From the NCBI GenBank assembly GCA_963803145.1, contig CAWDLW010000042.1:1-64000 (forward strand): a stretch of 64,000 bases of DNA, in the 5' to 3' direction. A model generated the notes under the pieces. That model made no database searches and was not told the DNA's origin. It saw nothing but the letters and a program-made list of their open reading frames with translations. Numbering within the stretch: the stretch's first letter is position 1; every line of letters begins with the position of its first letter. Shown one piece after another: positions 48,758 to 59,718 of the stretch. The stretch comes from Methanotrichaceae archaeon. Its GTDB lineage: Archaea > Halobacteriota > Methanosarcinia > Methanotrichales > Methanotrichaceae. The position numbers and the translations under genes are program-made.

Positions 48758-50170
48758 ATGGGAGATGTAATAATAGGGCTTGAGGCTCACGTACAGATGA
48801 ATAAGCTGAACTCAAAGCTCTTCTGCGGATGCTCGACCAAATATCACAACGACGAGCCAAACACGCATACCTGTCCTGTGTGCCTTGGCCTTCCCGGCTC
48901 ACTTCCAGTGCTGAATCGCAGGGCTGTGGAATACGGCATTAAAGTTGGATTGGCATTGAACTGCACCATCGAGGAAGAGACGCTCTTCTACAGGAAGAAC
49001 TACTACTATCCCGATCTTCCAAAGGGCTTCCAGATAAGCCAGTATGATTATCCTCTTGCCACACACGGCCACCTCCTGATCAAGGGTGAAGATGGAATAG
49101 AGAGAGAAATCAGAATCACCCGGGCTCATATGGAGGAAGATCCAGGCAGGCTGGTGCACGCAGGAACCATAGATAAGGCGAAATACACCCTTGTGGACTA
49201 CAACCGCTGCGGAATGCCGCTTCTTGAGGTAGTAACTGAGCCAGACCTTCGGTCTCCCAAGGAGGCACGCGCATATCTGGATAAGCTGCGAAGCATACTG
49301 GAATATCTTGATGTCTTCGATGGAAGCCTCGAGGGCGCTATGCGAGTGGATGCGAATATATCACTTGCAGGCGGCGATAGAACCGAGGTCAAGAACATCT
49401 CCAGCTTCAAAGGTGTCGAGAAGGCATTATCATACGAGATCACACGCCAGAGGAACCTTAAGCGCAGAAATATCAAGGTCGTTCAGGAGACAAGGCACTT
49501 CGATGAGATCAGGAACTTAACCGTCTCCATCAGATCGAAGGAGGAGGCTCACGACTACCGCTACTTCCCAGAGCCTGATCTAGTGCCGATGCATATCGCG
49601 GATTGGGTGCCAGCGATAAAGGCCACGCTTCCAGAGCTACCCGACTCAAAACGTGCGCGCTTCATATCCCAGTATGGCATCACCGACGATCACGCAAAAT
49701 CGTTGATATCCGAGATAAAGGTCGCAAACTTCTATGAGAATGTAGCCGCAACCACACCGCCAAAGCTCGCTGCCGTCTGGATCGCCGATGTTCTCAAGGG
49801 CGAGCTGAACTATCGCAATATGACCATAGATCGCTTCAGTCCTGGTCACATGGCCGAGATCCTAAGCATGCTTTCTTCGGGCAGGATAGCAGAGGACGGA
49901 GCGGTGGAGATAATACGCTCAATTCTTGATAAAGGCGGCTCTCCCGATGAAATAATCAAGGCCCAGGGCCTCGGCAAAGCAGAGAATGAAACTGTGCAGA
50001 AGGCTGTTCGTGAGGCCGTTCTGGAATGTACTGCTGCCGTGGAGGACTACAGGAAGGGAAGCCCGAGGGCATTGAACTACATCGTCGGCCAGGTGATGAA
50101 GAAGACAAAAGGCCAGGCGGATCCTGGCGAGGTTCACAGATTGGTGGAGGCGGAGGTAGATAAGCTCTAG
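48758..50170 (+). CDS. gatB: Asp/Glu-tRNA amidotransferase subunit B
   Basis: IGLEAHVQ, YPDLPKGFQISQ, HMEED, YRYFPEPDL. Confidence 0.96.
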   Translation: MGDVIIGLEAHVQMNKLNSKLFCGCSTKYHNDEPNTHTCPVCLGLPGSLPVLNRRAVEYGIKVGLALNCTIEEETLFYRKNYYYPDLPKGFQISQYDYPLATHGHLLIKGEDGIEREIRITRAHMEEDPGRLVHAGTIDKAKYTLVDYNRCGMPLLEVVTEPDLRSPKEARAYLDKLRSILEYLDVFDGSLEGAMRVDANISLAGGDRTEVKNISSFKGVEKALSYEITRQRNLKRRNIKVVQETRHFDEIRNLTVSIRSKEEAHDYRYFPEPDLVPMHIADWVPAIKATLPELPDSKRARFISQYGITDDHAKSLISEIKVANFYENVAATTPPKLAAVWIADVLKGELNYRNMTIDRFSPGHMAEILSMLSSGRIAEDGAVEIIRSILDKGGSPDEIIKAQGLGKAENETVQKAVREAVLECTAAVEDYRKGSPRALNYIVGQVMKKTKGQADPGEVHRLVEAEVDKL

Positions 50171-50264
50171 AGAGATTACCTCTGAACTTTTTTATATTTT
50201 GTTGACATGCGATCGATTCTTTTTTATTCAACCCGGGTATTCATTCCCACCAGGTTGATCATCA

Positions 50265-51569
50265 ATGTCAGGTTATTGGGACCCCCATATTGAAAGGATG
50301 CCTGCAGAGGACTTACATACTCTGCAGGAGGATCGCCTTAAGTCGATAGTGCGCTATGTTTATGACCATTCTGCTTTCTACAGGCAGAGGTTCAAGTCTG
50401 CAGGGATCGAGCCCGGGGACATAAAAAGCCTTAGTGATATCACAAAGTTGCCATTCACCCGCAAGGTCGATCTGCGAGATACTTATCCTACAGGCATGTT
50501 CAGCGCCCCAAAAAGCGAGGTTGTGAGATACCACGTATCCAGCGGCACAACAGGAAAGCCTACAGTAGTCGGTTACACTAAAGGCGATATCGAGGCATGG
50601 TCGGATTCTCTGGCGAGAGCACTTACATCCGTTGGCCTTGGACGCGATGATACAATGCAAGTTGCCTATGGCTACGGTCTCTTCACAGGCGGCCTTGGAC
50701 TCCACTATGGAGCTGAGCGCATAGGTGCCGCTGTACTGCCAGTTGGAACCGGCAATACAGAGCGTCAAATTGAGCTCATGCAGGATCTGGGGACTACTGC
50801 CATAGCCTGCACGCCATCGTATTTCCAGCACATTATGGAAACGGCAGAGAAGATGGGCGTCTCCATAAAAGATGATACATTGCTCAAGACAGGTATATTC
50901 GGGGCTGAGCCCTGGTCGCTTGAGACGCGAAAGCGCATCGAGAACGCAACAGGAATAAATGCCTATGATATTTATGGAACGAGCGAGATCAGTGGTCCTC
51001 TCTTCACTGAGTGCCTTCAAAAGAACGGCATACATATTTGGGGAGACATGTTCCTGACAGAGGTCATAGATCCCAAAACTGGTGAGCCCGTGGAAGATGG
51101 AGAGCGAGGTGAACTTGTATTCACTACGTTGAATAAGTTTGCACTACCTCTGATAAGGTACAGGATAGGTGATCTCTCAGTCCTTGATAGCGAGCCTTGT
51201 GAGTGCGGCCGTACACATCCGAGGATAATGAGGATTCTTGGAAGGACGGATGATATGCTCATCATTCGTGGAATCAACGTCTTCCCAAGCCAAGTCGAGT
51301 CTGTGTTGATGAATATCCCGGAGGTTGGAGATCACTGGCAGATACTTGTGGACAGGCAGGGATCGCTGGATAATATGACCGTGCGCGTCGAGCTTACGGA
51401 ATCAGGGTTCAGTGATAAAATCGGCGACTTGATGAAGCTCAAGAAAAAGGTTTCAAAGGAGTTAAAAGGCGTGCTGAATATAGCTGCTGAGGTTGACTTG
51501 GTCGAGGCGGGAACGATTCCTCGATCAGAGGGCAAGGCCAAGAGAGTTATCGATAAGAGAAAGGTGTAA
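50265..51569 (+). CDS. paaK: Phenylacetate-CoA ligase family
   Basis: SSGTTGKPT, YGYGLFTGGLG, GAEPWS, GRTDDML. Confidence 0.9.
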   Translation: MSGYWDPHIERMPAEDLHTLQEDRLKSIVRYVYDHSAFYRQRFKSAGIEPGDIKSLSDITKLPFTRKVDLRDTYPTGMFSAPKSEVVRYHVSSGTTGKPTVVGYTKGDIEAWSDSLARALTSVGLGRDDTMQVAYGYGLFTGGLGLHYGAERIGAAVLPVGTGNTERQIELMQDLGTTAIACTPSYFQHIMETAEKMGVSIKDDTLLKTGIFGAEPWSLETRKRIENATGINAYDIYGTSEISGPLFTECLQKNGIHIWGDMFLTEVIDPKTGEPVEDGERGELVFTTLNKFALPLIRYRIGDLSVLDSEPCECGRTHPRIMRILGRTDDMLIIRGINVFPSQVESVLMNIPEVGDHWQILVDRQGSLDNMTVRVELTESGFSDKIGDLMKLKKKVSKELKGVLNIAAEVDLVEAGTIPRSEGKAKRVIDKRKV

Positions 51570-51575
51570 GGAGGG

Positions 51576-52016
51576 ATGGTAGTGGCAGAGATTAAGCAGC
51601 TATCGCTGTTTGTTGAGAACAGGCCTGGGCGGATGGCAAAGGTTTCTAAGACCTTATCGGATGCAGGCGTGAATATAAGAGCCATGACTATAGCAGAGGC
51701 AGGAGATTTTGGAGTTATAAGGATGGTCGTGGATGACCCGGAGATGGGCTACAAAGTGCTACACGATAATGGCTTCACAGTTTCCACGACCGACGTCCTG
51801 ACGGTCGAGATGAAGGATACGCCCGGAGGTCTCTACGAGATCGTGAATACCCTTGGGGAGAACAATATCAACGTCGATTATGCATATGCCTTTGTTACAG
51901 CAAAGGCCCAGAAAGCGATGCTTATACTCAGGGTGGATGATATAGCCAAAGCTAGACAGGTGCTGAGTGCAAAAGGCGTAAAGATTGCGACGAAAGAGGA
52001 GATCCAGGCAATTTAA
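51576..52016 (+). CDS. ACT-domain protein
   Basis: QLSLFVENRPG, D.PGGL, NVDYAYAF; typical paaK neighbour. Confidence 0.9.
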   Translation: MVVAEIKQLSLFVENRPGRMAKVSKTLSDAGVNIRAMTIAEAGDFGVIRMVVDDPEMGYKVLHDNGFTVSTTDVLTVEMKDTPGGLYEIVNTLGENNINVDYAYAFVTAKAQKAMLILRVDDIAKARQVLSAKGVKIATKEEIQAI

Positions 52017-52124
52017 GGAGATCCAAGCGATCTGAGCTTGGACACTTCTTTTTCTATTTTAATATGGGCTTCTCTCAGCTTATTACCTTATACTTTTCCT
52101 GCCTTAGTTCCATGTTTTTCGTCG

Positions 52125-52198
52125 TTCTTGGTGGCTTTGTGCCTTTGTGTTTGGCTGTCACTGAACGCTCACCACAAAGACACGAAGGCACGAAGAAC
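52125..52198. repeat. REP-like inverted repeat between convergent genes
   Basis: CTTTGTGCCTTTGTGT ... ACACGAAGGCACGAAG, built from 9-bp subunits. Confidence 0.55.
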
Positions 52199-52294
52199 GG
52201 ACTTGGAAGCTTGAAATTATTGGGCAATTAGTCAAAAGAATGATTATAGTATTCAACTAACGAATACTTAAAATTCCAATTAGATATTCTCGAA

Positions 52295-52786
52295 CTATAT
52301 ATTCTCGTTTTGATAAACTCCAGAGTATGTCCTATCCGTCGCTCTTCCAAGTCTGAAAAACACAAGCTGCATAAGCCTCGCATTCTTCTTCAGCCTCAGA
52401 CCATGAGGATTGTAAACTACAAGGAGGCTCTGGCTGCGCCCCCGGTAGCCCGGATCCCACAGAGCCGTTTCAAGAGTTGCACCGCTTCTCAGAAGGCTTG
52501 ATCTCGGACGGGCTAAGGCTGCGATATCCTTCGGAACATCCACGATCTCATTGAACGTAATGAGATAAGACCCCTGTCCAAGCATTATCCAGTCCGACTC
52601 GTCAAACTCGAGCAGTTCCCTCTCTGGAAGCTGTCGCTCTTTATTATCGTATGCTAGTGCTCCTGCTGATAGGAAGCTTTCCACGCGGGCAAGCGTAAGC
52701 TCTATGCCGCACATCTGTGTCTGTATTCCCGCATCTATCATGGATTCCACGAGGCCGGCTGCCTCTGCGCCTGCGAGTATTGTCAT
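52295..52786 (-). CDS. Archaeal dUTPase / dCTP-deaminase family
   Basis: RPRSSLLRSG, WDPGYRGR, QLVF, YSGVYQ. Confidence 0.9.
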   Translation of the reverse strand: MTILAGAEAAGLVESMIDAGIQTQMCGIELTLARVESFLSAGALAYDNKERQLPERELLEFDESDWIMLGQGSYLITFNEIVDVPKDIAALARPRSSLLRSGATLETALWDPGYRGRSQSLLVVYNPHGLRLKKNARLMQLVFFRLGRATDRTYSGVYQNENI

Positions 52787-52895
52787 AATGACACCCTGAT
52801 TACTATCAGCAAAGTTCAGCCAAGCCCATAAATAGCTGTCCATTTCAGAAAGACATATTAACTATTCCTGCTAAATTATTATAGGGTGCTCTAGG

Positions 52896-53702
52896 TTGTT
52901 CGACTTCCTTAATCTGCCGATATTCGCGTTGCCCATCACTATAATCCTTTTGCTTCTCATCATCATAATTCCCCTAATCATTATCTATCTGTTTCTGAGG
53001 CTCACAGAGGCTGCATTTGAACAGGTTGGCTTCGATCACCGGCATGCAACGCTTGCAGTCTTCGGCTCAATCATAGGAAGTCTGATTGATGTACCACTTC
53101 ATTTCGGTACTATCAGCTCCTATCCTGGATGGTACGTAACGCTCGCCAGCACGTTTACTCATGGGTTTCCGACAACCTTCCATCCCTTCTATCTGGCCAT
53201 CAACGTTGGAGGCGCAATAATACCTCTGATAATCTCTATTGACCTCATCGTAGCCCGCAGGGTATCGGCGTGGAAGGCAGCAATAGGTGTATTCATTGTG
53301 GCAATAATAACATATATCCTGGCGGCGCCTGTGCCAAATCAGGGAATAGTTCTGCCCATCTGGGTGTCTCCCACCTTGGCAGCGGTCTGCGGCCTGGTTA
53401 TATCACGCGGCTATGATGGCGCGCCATCGATTGCATATATAAGCGGCTCTATGGGAACTCTTTTGGGTGCAGATATCCTGAACCTCCTGACTCCAGGAGT
53501 CCTCCCAGCTCTCTCGCCCTTGGGACTGCAGACTACTAGGCCACTAACACTATCTATAGGAGGTGCGGGCGTATTCGATGGGATATTCCTAACAGGCATA
53601 TTAGCGGTGCTCTTCGCGGCAGGGATTGTGTGCCTCTTCCATAGATCATGCGATGGCGTAAAGATGCATAGGGACGTGCAAAAAGCCAAAAAAAGCTCTT
53701 AG
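52896..53702 (+). CDS. DUF1614 membrane protein
   Basis: AINVGGAIIP, GTLLGADILNL, SIGGAGVFDGIFL. Confidence 0.9.
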   Translation: MFDFLNLPIFALPITIILLLLIIIIPLIIIYLFLRLTEAAFEQVGFDHRHATLAVFGSIIGSLIDVPLHFGTISSYPGWYVTLASTFTHGFPTTFHPFYLAINVGGAIIPLIISIDLIVARRVSAWKAAIGVFIVAIITYILAAPVPNQGIVLPIWVSPTLAAVCGLVISRGYDGAPSIAYISGSMGTLLGADILNLLTPGVLPALSPLGLQTTRPLTLSIGGAGVFDGIFLTGILAVLFAAGIVCLFHRSCDGVKMHRDVQKAKKSS

Positions 53703-53743
53703 TTTGAGGTATTGGCTAAAAACCAAAAATATTAGATTAAAAA

Positions 53744-53986
53744 TTAAAAGCCAAGCCCCATTAAATGTATTACTATCACTAGTATGGCACCGAGCACTCC
53801 GCCTATGGCACAGATGATTATGACCAGCCAACCATAGCCTATACCTAAGCCCAAAAACATGTTTGCCAGGAAAAGTATGACCAGGCCGATTACTGCATTG
53901 ACAACGAAATGGGTGACCGACCTCAAGAGTATAAATAAGCCGAATATTATAGCTATAATTAATATTACTATCGCCAGATCTATCAT
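53744..53986 (-). CDS. BofA-like small membrane protein
   Basis: 80 aa, three TM segments, NAVIG...N. Confidence 0.7.
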   Translation of the reverse strand: MIDLAIVILIIAIIFGLFILLRSVTHFVVNAVIGLVILFLANMFLGLGIGYGWLVIIICAIGGVLGAILVIVIHLMGLGF

Positions 53987-54004
53987 ACAACTGTTTAGAT
54001 ACCT

Positions 54005-57000
54005 CTAAGTATTTAAAAAGTTCTGGACCTTCAGCGGTTCAAGCTCACTTTCAAGCCTGTGTAGCTCCTTGGTATCCAAAGAGAGAGGATCGATATATAC
54101 AATCATCACGGCGTACTTTAATGCAATCTCATCTCTTTGTGACTGGATGAATCTGAGAACAGTTTCATAGTTGCTTTGTGTGATGAGATAGCCTACGCCC
54201 TCCAGCAATATTACAGGATAACTTACTCTCTCTAAGAAATCGGAAATTATGCTGCTGAGTCTGGGGAAGTTCGTAGGATCAACTGCTCTGCGCCCTGGTT
54301 CGCTTTTCTGTGTGAGCCAAATGACTGCTTCAATGGGTATGTTATATCTCTCATTTAACAAATCCGGATTGGATCTGCTTATGCATAGACCATCCATTTC
54401 GTGGTTAACAAGCTCGGCGAAAAGTTTGAAGCCCCGCCCCGGATTCTCCTCCTCAACCACATAGGTTGTTCCAGGAATAAGGGCAATTTCGTAAGGGCTT
54501 CTGCCATAGCTTTTCATGAGATCGATCACGGAGGACATGAGATCAAAGCTTTGATCATATTTCTTGATAATCCTTGCTAACCTTCGTATTGCAATGAAGA
54601 AACCGCGACGCGTAAGCACAAGTCCAGAGCTTATTTTTATATCAGATTCTTTCGATCTTACGGCCTCACGCATATCAGGCTCACATGCGAGCGTTGATTC
54701 ATCCCGAGGCGCTGCCTTGGCCTCTTCAAAGAGGGTGCCAGAGGATATGAGCGTATTCACCTCATCCACTACCTGACTTCTTATCGGCTCTTTGAGTCCT
54801 GACAGCATAGCCTCTGAGAATATCTTGAAGAGGTACCCAGATAAAGGTCCCAGAGTAAATAAAAGCTCCTTGACCTCGTTTACATCGTTTGGCAGATCTT
54901 TATGGACAAACTCGCGCCTTTCAGCTAAAAGCATGCGAGTCCCTTTGGAGAGGGTTTCTATCTCGTAGACGAAGTCGAGCACATCTCTTTCAGGAACTAT
55001 TCCAGCATTCTTATTCACAAGATACTCTATATTGTCTATAAGCACTATGCTATTTTTGCTCGACTCAATAAATGACCTGATAGTCATGAATAATAGGGGC
55101 AGGTTCGTTGGAGAGATGTATCGATCGTCCCCTTTCTCTTGGCTGAGTTTGATTATGGGCGTCTCTTTGAATCCCCATCTTACCCGCACCTCCTCCGGAT
55201 CCTGGCGAGTTACGCAGAGCCCCTCTATGCCGTGGGTTATCTGATCTTTGAAGACCTCATATGCCTTATCTGGCGCAATGTACATCTCTCCAGATTTCAG
55301 CACATATGCGGACTGTGTGGCTTCAGCAGCCTCAAGGACAGGTCTTATTGGGACCGTATCCTCAACGATCATCCTTGCAGCCGAGGACCCGATGGAGCCC
55401 GTCAATGTCTTCTCGAACTGTCTCCAAAGTTCTAATAGCCGTTTAGCATCAATCCTCTCGCGAGTAGTTCCAAGGCGCTCCAGGTCAGCATCTACAAGAA
55501 GCCTGGCCCTCTCCTCGCCAATATATCGTGCGAGAGTAGTCTCTAACTCATCGACGGTCCCAAGCTTAATATTCCCCATATCGACCTGCGAGATGCTAGT
55601 TCTCTTCTGGTATATATCGATGAATTGATCAGTGAGGGCAGCCTCATCGGCACTCGGTCTGGACATCAGGGATATAAGCACATACAGGATGCAGTTGGCC
55701 AGAAGCGACCAGAAGAGGGAATGCGTCCATATGTCCAGGTTCATCCCTAAAAGGGCGGTAGGTTTGAGAAGAGATATTCCGAATGGCCCGTTCTTCACGA
55801 GGTTTTCTGAAAGCCATCCTTCCCCAGCTATCGTCGGTATTAGAGCGGTATATATCCAGAGAAGAAAGCCTGTAGCGAGACCAGCTATGGCGCCTTTTCT
55901 GCTGCCCTTCTTCCAATAAAGCCCTCCCAGAGCGGCAGGTGCAAACTGGCTAACTGCCAGGAAGGAGACTATGCCTATATCCGCCAGGCTAAGGTATTCC
56001 ACTGCCTGGGAGTAGAGATAACCAAGGAGAACAACAAGAAGTATGTTCAGACGCCTCATGTTGAGCAGAAGGCTAGGGAGGTTCCTGCCGCCGCCTATGC
56101 GTCTCAGAAGATAGGGCAGCTCAACATCATTAAGCAGCATAGTGCCAACTGCAACCGATTCGACGAGAATCATGGCGGTCGCAGCAGAGGCGCCGCCCAA
56201 GAATATGAATAAAGCTAGAAGGTCCTGGCCATGTGCATATGGTATAGTGATTATAAAGGCATCTTTGAGCCCAGGAGCATTCAAAATGATTCCGCCCCAG
56301 GCTATTGCGGGTACGAAGATATTCATCAGCAAAAGATAGAGCGGAAAAAGCCACATCGCCCTCTTAATGTGTGCCTCTTCTGAGTTCTCAACAACCATGA
56401 CATGGAATTGCCTCGGAAGAAATAGAATTGCAAAAAAGGATATCAGTGTTAGTGAGAACCACATGGTGTAATCAACATCTGTTAGACCTGAATATTCAGG
56501 GCGTACGGCAATCTTATCAAGTATCGTTCCATAGCCTCCGAATATGCCATATGTGACATAGATTCCGGCGAGCAGGAATGCTATAAGCTTGATCATCGAC
56601 TCAAAGGCAACAACTGCAATCAGCCCTTCATGATGCTCCATAGGGTCCAGGTGTCTTGCCCCGAATAGGATAGCAAAGGCCCCCAGAAGTACGGCTACTA
56701 CCAGTTTCCTTTCTATTACCATTCCCGAAAAAAACAGATGTTGCCCGCTAAGAATATCTAACGATGTGGAGATGGCGATGAGCTGTAGAGCTACATAAGG
56801 TGTTATTGCCACCAGGCTAAAGATGGCGACTATGGCTCCGATGGTATAGCTCCTGCCATAGCGGAAACCTATGAAATCACTGATGGAGGTCAGACGGAAC
56901 TCCTTTGAGACGCGAATCATCTTTCTGATGAGAACCCAGCCCAGAAGCATTGCCAGGGTTGGTCCCAGGTAGATAGGCAGAAACTCTAGACCCGTAGATG

Positions 57001-57187
57001 CTGCTCTTCCAATAGAGCCGTAGAACGTCCAGGCAGAGACATATACGCATAGCGACAGTGCGTAGACGTAAGGGTTTGAAACCACACTTTTGCCGAAGAG
57101 TTTCTGCCTGACTGCATATTGGGCTATCCCGAAGAGCAGCAGGAGATACAGTACTAGAGATATGAGAGCTATATTCGGGCCGATCAA
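54005..57187 (-). CDS. SLC5 (Na+/solute symporter-like, CbrA/CrbS-type) sensor with STAC-like linker and two DUF835 domains
   Basis: YALSL.VY.SAWTFYGSIGRA, LPRQFH, GSIGSSAAR; two GLC(V/I)(T/S)R..P...(S/D)PTN..L domains. Confidence 0.85.
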   Translation of the reverse strand: MIGPNIALISLVLYLLLLFGIAQYAVRQKLFGKSVVSNPYVYALSLCVYVSAWTFYGSIGRAASTGLEFLPIYLGPTLAMLLGWVLIRKMIRVSKEFRLTSISDFIGFRYGRSYTIGAIVAIFSLVAITPYVALQLIAISTSLDILSGQHLFFSGMVIERKLVVAVLLGAFAILFGARHLDPMEHHEGLIAVVAFESMIKLIAFLLAGIYVTYGIFGGYGTILDKIAVRPEYSGLTDVDYTMWFSLTLISFFAILFLPRQFHVMVVENSEEAHIKRAMWLFPLYLLLMNIFVPAIAWGGIILNAPGLKDAFIITIPYAHGQDLLALFIFLGGASAATAMILVESVAVGTMLLNDVELPYLLRRIGGGRNLPSLLLNMRRLNILLVVLLGYLYSQAVEYLSLADIGIVSFLAVSQFAPAALGGLYWKKGSRKGAIAGLATGFLLWIYTALIPTIAGEGWLSENLVKNGPFGISLLKPTALLGMNLDIWTHSLFWSLLANCILYVLISLMSRPSADEAALTDQFIDIYQKRTSISQVDMGNIKLGTVDELETTLARYIGEERARLLVDADLERLGTTRERIDAKRLLELWRQFEKTLTGSIGSSAARMIVEDTVPIRPVLEAAEATQSAYVLKSGEMYIAPDKAYEVFKDQITHGIEGLCVTRQDPEEVRVRWGFKETPIIKLSQEKGDDRYISPTNLPLLFMTIRSFIESSKNSIVLIDNIEYLVNKNAGIVPERDVLDFVYEIETLSKGTRMLLAERREFVHKDLPNDVNEVKELLFTLGPLSGYLFKIFSEAMLSGLKEPIRSQVVDEVNTLISSGTLFEEAKAAPRDESTLACEPDMREAVRSKESDIKISSGLVLTRRGFFIAIRRLARIIKKYDQSFDLMSSVIDLMKSYGRSPYEIALIPGTTYVVEEENPGRGFKLFAELVNHEMDGLCISRSNPDLLNERYNIPIEAVIWLTQKSEPGRRAVDPTNFPRLSSIISDFLERVSYPVILLEGVGYLITQSNYETVLRFIQSQRDEIALKYAVMIVYIDPLSLDTKELHRLESELEPLKVQNFLNT

Positions 57188-57408
57188 TCCATATGCCCCC
57201 TATCACTATGCCCCCTATCAAATAGATACATCAGCAGAATTATTAGCAGCCAGACTGCGGCTACCTGCACCAATACAAGCGGGACGCCAAATAGGGTTTT
57301 GCCCACGGTGAGCGTGAGAAGAGGCCAGTTGAACAGGACCCATCCTAGGATAAAGGAGAATGCCCAGAACTCGTCCTGGCTGAGAAGATCCTCTGCTGAT
57401 GGAGCCAT
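57184..57408 (-). CDS. Small 2-TM partner protein of the SLC5 sensor
   Basis: FNWPLL...FGVPL; overlaps the SLC5 start. Confidence 0.75.
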   Translation of the reverse strand: MAPSAEDLLSQDEFWAFSFILGWVLFNWPLLTLTVGKTLFGVPLVLVQVAAVWLLIILLMYLFDRGHSDRGHMD

Positions 57409-57410
57409 AT

Positions 57411-58088
57411 CTATAAACCTGGATATACCGTTAACCCCTTAACTGATATATCTACCGCGTTCTTCCCCAGATGGTGAGATGTGCCGCACATCTTTAGAAC
57501 CTCAATGGACCTTCTCCTTACCATATTGACTTCGGCGTTCTGCAGAAGTATTATTCCATCTGCCGCCCTCGCCATCTCAATAGGATAAGGTGTGCCTGGC
57601 ATTGAATCGCCTGTGATCAATGCAACAGCCTTGTGCTCCTTAATAATGGTCGAGAGCTTAAGAAGAAATCGTCTGAAATCCCCTTCGAGAGCCACCTCTA
57701 TGACCGAGAGGCTGTCGATCACCACACGTCTACATTGAAATCTCTCCAAATCCGATTGGATCGAATATAACATATCATCGGCGCTTCTCACAGACTCGAT
57801 TACTTTTTCCAGGTCGATATATTTTATCTCTTTTCCAAAATACCTCTTCTCAACAAACTCGTAAGTTGAGATGAATTTAATTACCCATTCGGGCGGCCCT
57901 CCGTAGGTCATGAAGTAGAGCCCTGACTCGCCAAGCTCTGCACCTCTGCATAGGAACTGGTTGCAAAGGGTTGTCTTACCTGAGCCCACATCTCCTGCGA
58001 GCAGTATCAGGGATGGCACAGGAAGGCCGCCCTCAATCATCTCGTCTAGCCCTGAAACCCCTGTAGATACTCTTTCAATCAAGCCCAT
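57411..58088 (-). CDS. KaiC/RAD55-like single-domain ATPase (degenerate)
   Basis: TGVSGLDEM, GDVGSGKT, VVIDS, ADGIILL, KMCG. Confidence 0.88.
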   Translation of the reverse strand: MGLIERVSTGVSGLDEMIEGGLPVPSLILLAGDVGSGKTTLCNQFLCRGAELGESGLYFMTYGGPPEWVIKFISTYEFVEKRYFGKEIKYIDLEKVIESVRSADDMLYSIQSDLERFQCRRVVIDSLSVIEVALEGDFRRFLLKLSTIIKEHKAVALITGDSMPGTPYPIEMARAADGIILLQNAEVNMVRRRSIEVLKMCGTSHHLGKNAVDISVKGLTVYPGL

Positions 58089-58259
58089 GCTATGCCGTCC
58101 CTACCCAATTTACTGACCAAATTGCCCTGCCTCTCTAAAAAAAGGTCGAGCTGATTAGTGGCTGATTGAAATTTATTGTATCTTATCTTATTTGTTTTTT
58201 TGTACACATCGCCAGACTGCTTTTATATAAGGAGACCCTTCTTGAAAGGGTGAGATAAA

Positions 58260-59564
58260 TTGATCCTGAGAACTCATTACTCAAGCGATATAACCCCGGA
58301 TATGAATGGAGCTGAAGTATCTCTAGCGGGTTGGGCACATGAGGTACGCGATCTTGGCGGAGTATGTTTCCTTGTGCTGCGCGATCGTACAGGCATTGCA
58401 CAAGTTACCCTTGTCAAAAAGATGGTTGATAGGGCACTGTTCAATATGGTCCGATCCCTGAGCCGAGAGAGCGTTGTTACTGTGAAAGGAACCGTGAAGG
58501 CTGAACCCAAGGCCCCCAGGGGCTTTGAGATAATTCCATCGGAAATCAAAATCCTGAGCACCGCAGAGGTTCCCCTGCCTCTTGATACGACAGGTAAAGT
58601 AGACTGCGAACTTGATACGCGCCTTGACTCGCGCTTTATGGATATAAGAAGACCCTGCATACTTGCCGGCTTCGAGATTGAGAGCGCTGTTCTTAGAAGC
58701 ATCAGGGATTACTTCTATAGTCAAGGGATTACTGAGGTCTTCACGCCCAAGATTGTTGCAGCTGCGACTGAAGGTGGAACAGATCTGTTTCCCATAAGCT
58801 ACTTCGAGCGCGAAGCATTCCTCAACCAGAGCCCTCAGCTTTACAAGCAGATGCTTATGGCAGCTGGAATGGACAGGGTGTTTGAGATAGGACCCATCTT
58901 CAGGGCTGAGGAACACGATACTCGAAGGCACCTGAATGAGGCAATATCTATAGACATCGAGGTCAGCTTGTCGGATGATAAGGATGTTATGAATCTGCTT
59001 GAAGGTGCAATTGTCAGAGCCTATAGATATGTAACAGAAAACTGCAAACGCCAATTGGGCGTGCTTGGCTTGGATCTTGAGGTTCCGAAGACTCCTTTCA
59101 GAAGAATAACCTATACGGAGGCACTTGAGCTGGCCCGCGAAAAAGGCAATGTTCAGATGCAGTGGGGCGATGATCTGGATACAGAGACCGAGAGGTTACT
59201 TGGCAAAACCATAGGAGAGCATTACTTCCTGACAGATTGGCCTTCGTCAATAAAGCCGTATTATACACTGCCTTATGAGGATAAACCTGAGGTCTGCAGA
59301 GGCTTTGATCTGATGCACCCCAGGATGGAGCTTGCGAGCGGTGCACAGAGGGTACATGATTATGATCTCCTTGTGAAAAGGATAAAGGAGAAGGGGCTAG
59401 ATCCTGCTGGCTTTGAGTTTTACCTGAGAGCCTTTAGGTATGGCATGCCTCCGCATGCTGGCTGGGGTTTGGGATTAAGCAGACTTGTTATGACGATGCT
59501 CAACTTGGAGAACATTCGGGATGCTGTGATCTTCCCAAGGGACCGGATGCGGCTAGTTCCTTAA
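58260..59564 (+). CDS. aspS: Aspartyl-tRNA synthetase, probably non-discriminating
   Basis: RDLGG, KAP (Pro in anticodon-binding loop), [24 protein letters not shown]. Confidence 0.95.
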   Translation: MILRTHYSSDITPDMNGAEVSLAGWAHEVRDLGGVCFLVLRDRTGIAQVTLVKKMVDRALFNMVRSLSRESVVTVKGTVKAEPKAPRGFEIIPSEIKILSTAEVPLPLDTTGKVDCELDTRLDSRFMDIRRPCILAGFEIESAVLRSIRDYFYSQGITEVFTPKIVAAATEGGTDLFPISYFEREAFLNQSPQLYKQMLMAAGMDRVFEIGPIFRAEEHDTRRHLNEAISIDIEVSLSDDKDVMNLLEGAIVRAYRYVTENCKRQLGVLGLDLEVPKTPFRRITYTEALELAREKGNVQMQWGDDLDTETERLLGKTIGEHYFLTDWPSSIKPYYTLPYEDKPEVCRGFDLMHPRMELASGAQRVHDYDLLVKRIKEKGLDPAGFEFYLRAFRYGMPPHAGWGLGLSRLVMTMLNLENIRDAVIFPRDRMRLVP

Positions 59565-59718
59565 GTGAGAGGGCATATTTCCTCTCTCGACACTTTTATT
59601 ATCATACCGCCTTAATAAATATATCCAATATAAGAATGATTCAAATAAGCCTTTTGTTATTCGTTTTAAGATTAACTTTATATAATTGCTCATTCAAAAG
59701 AAAACCGGGTTCAGTGTA

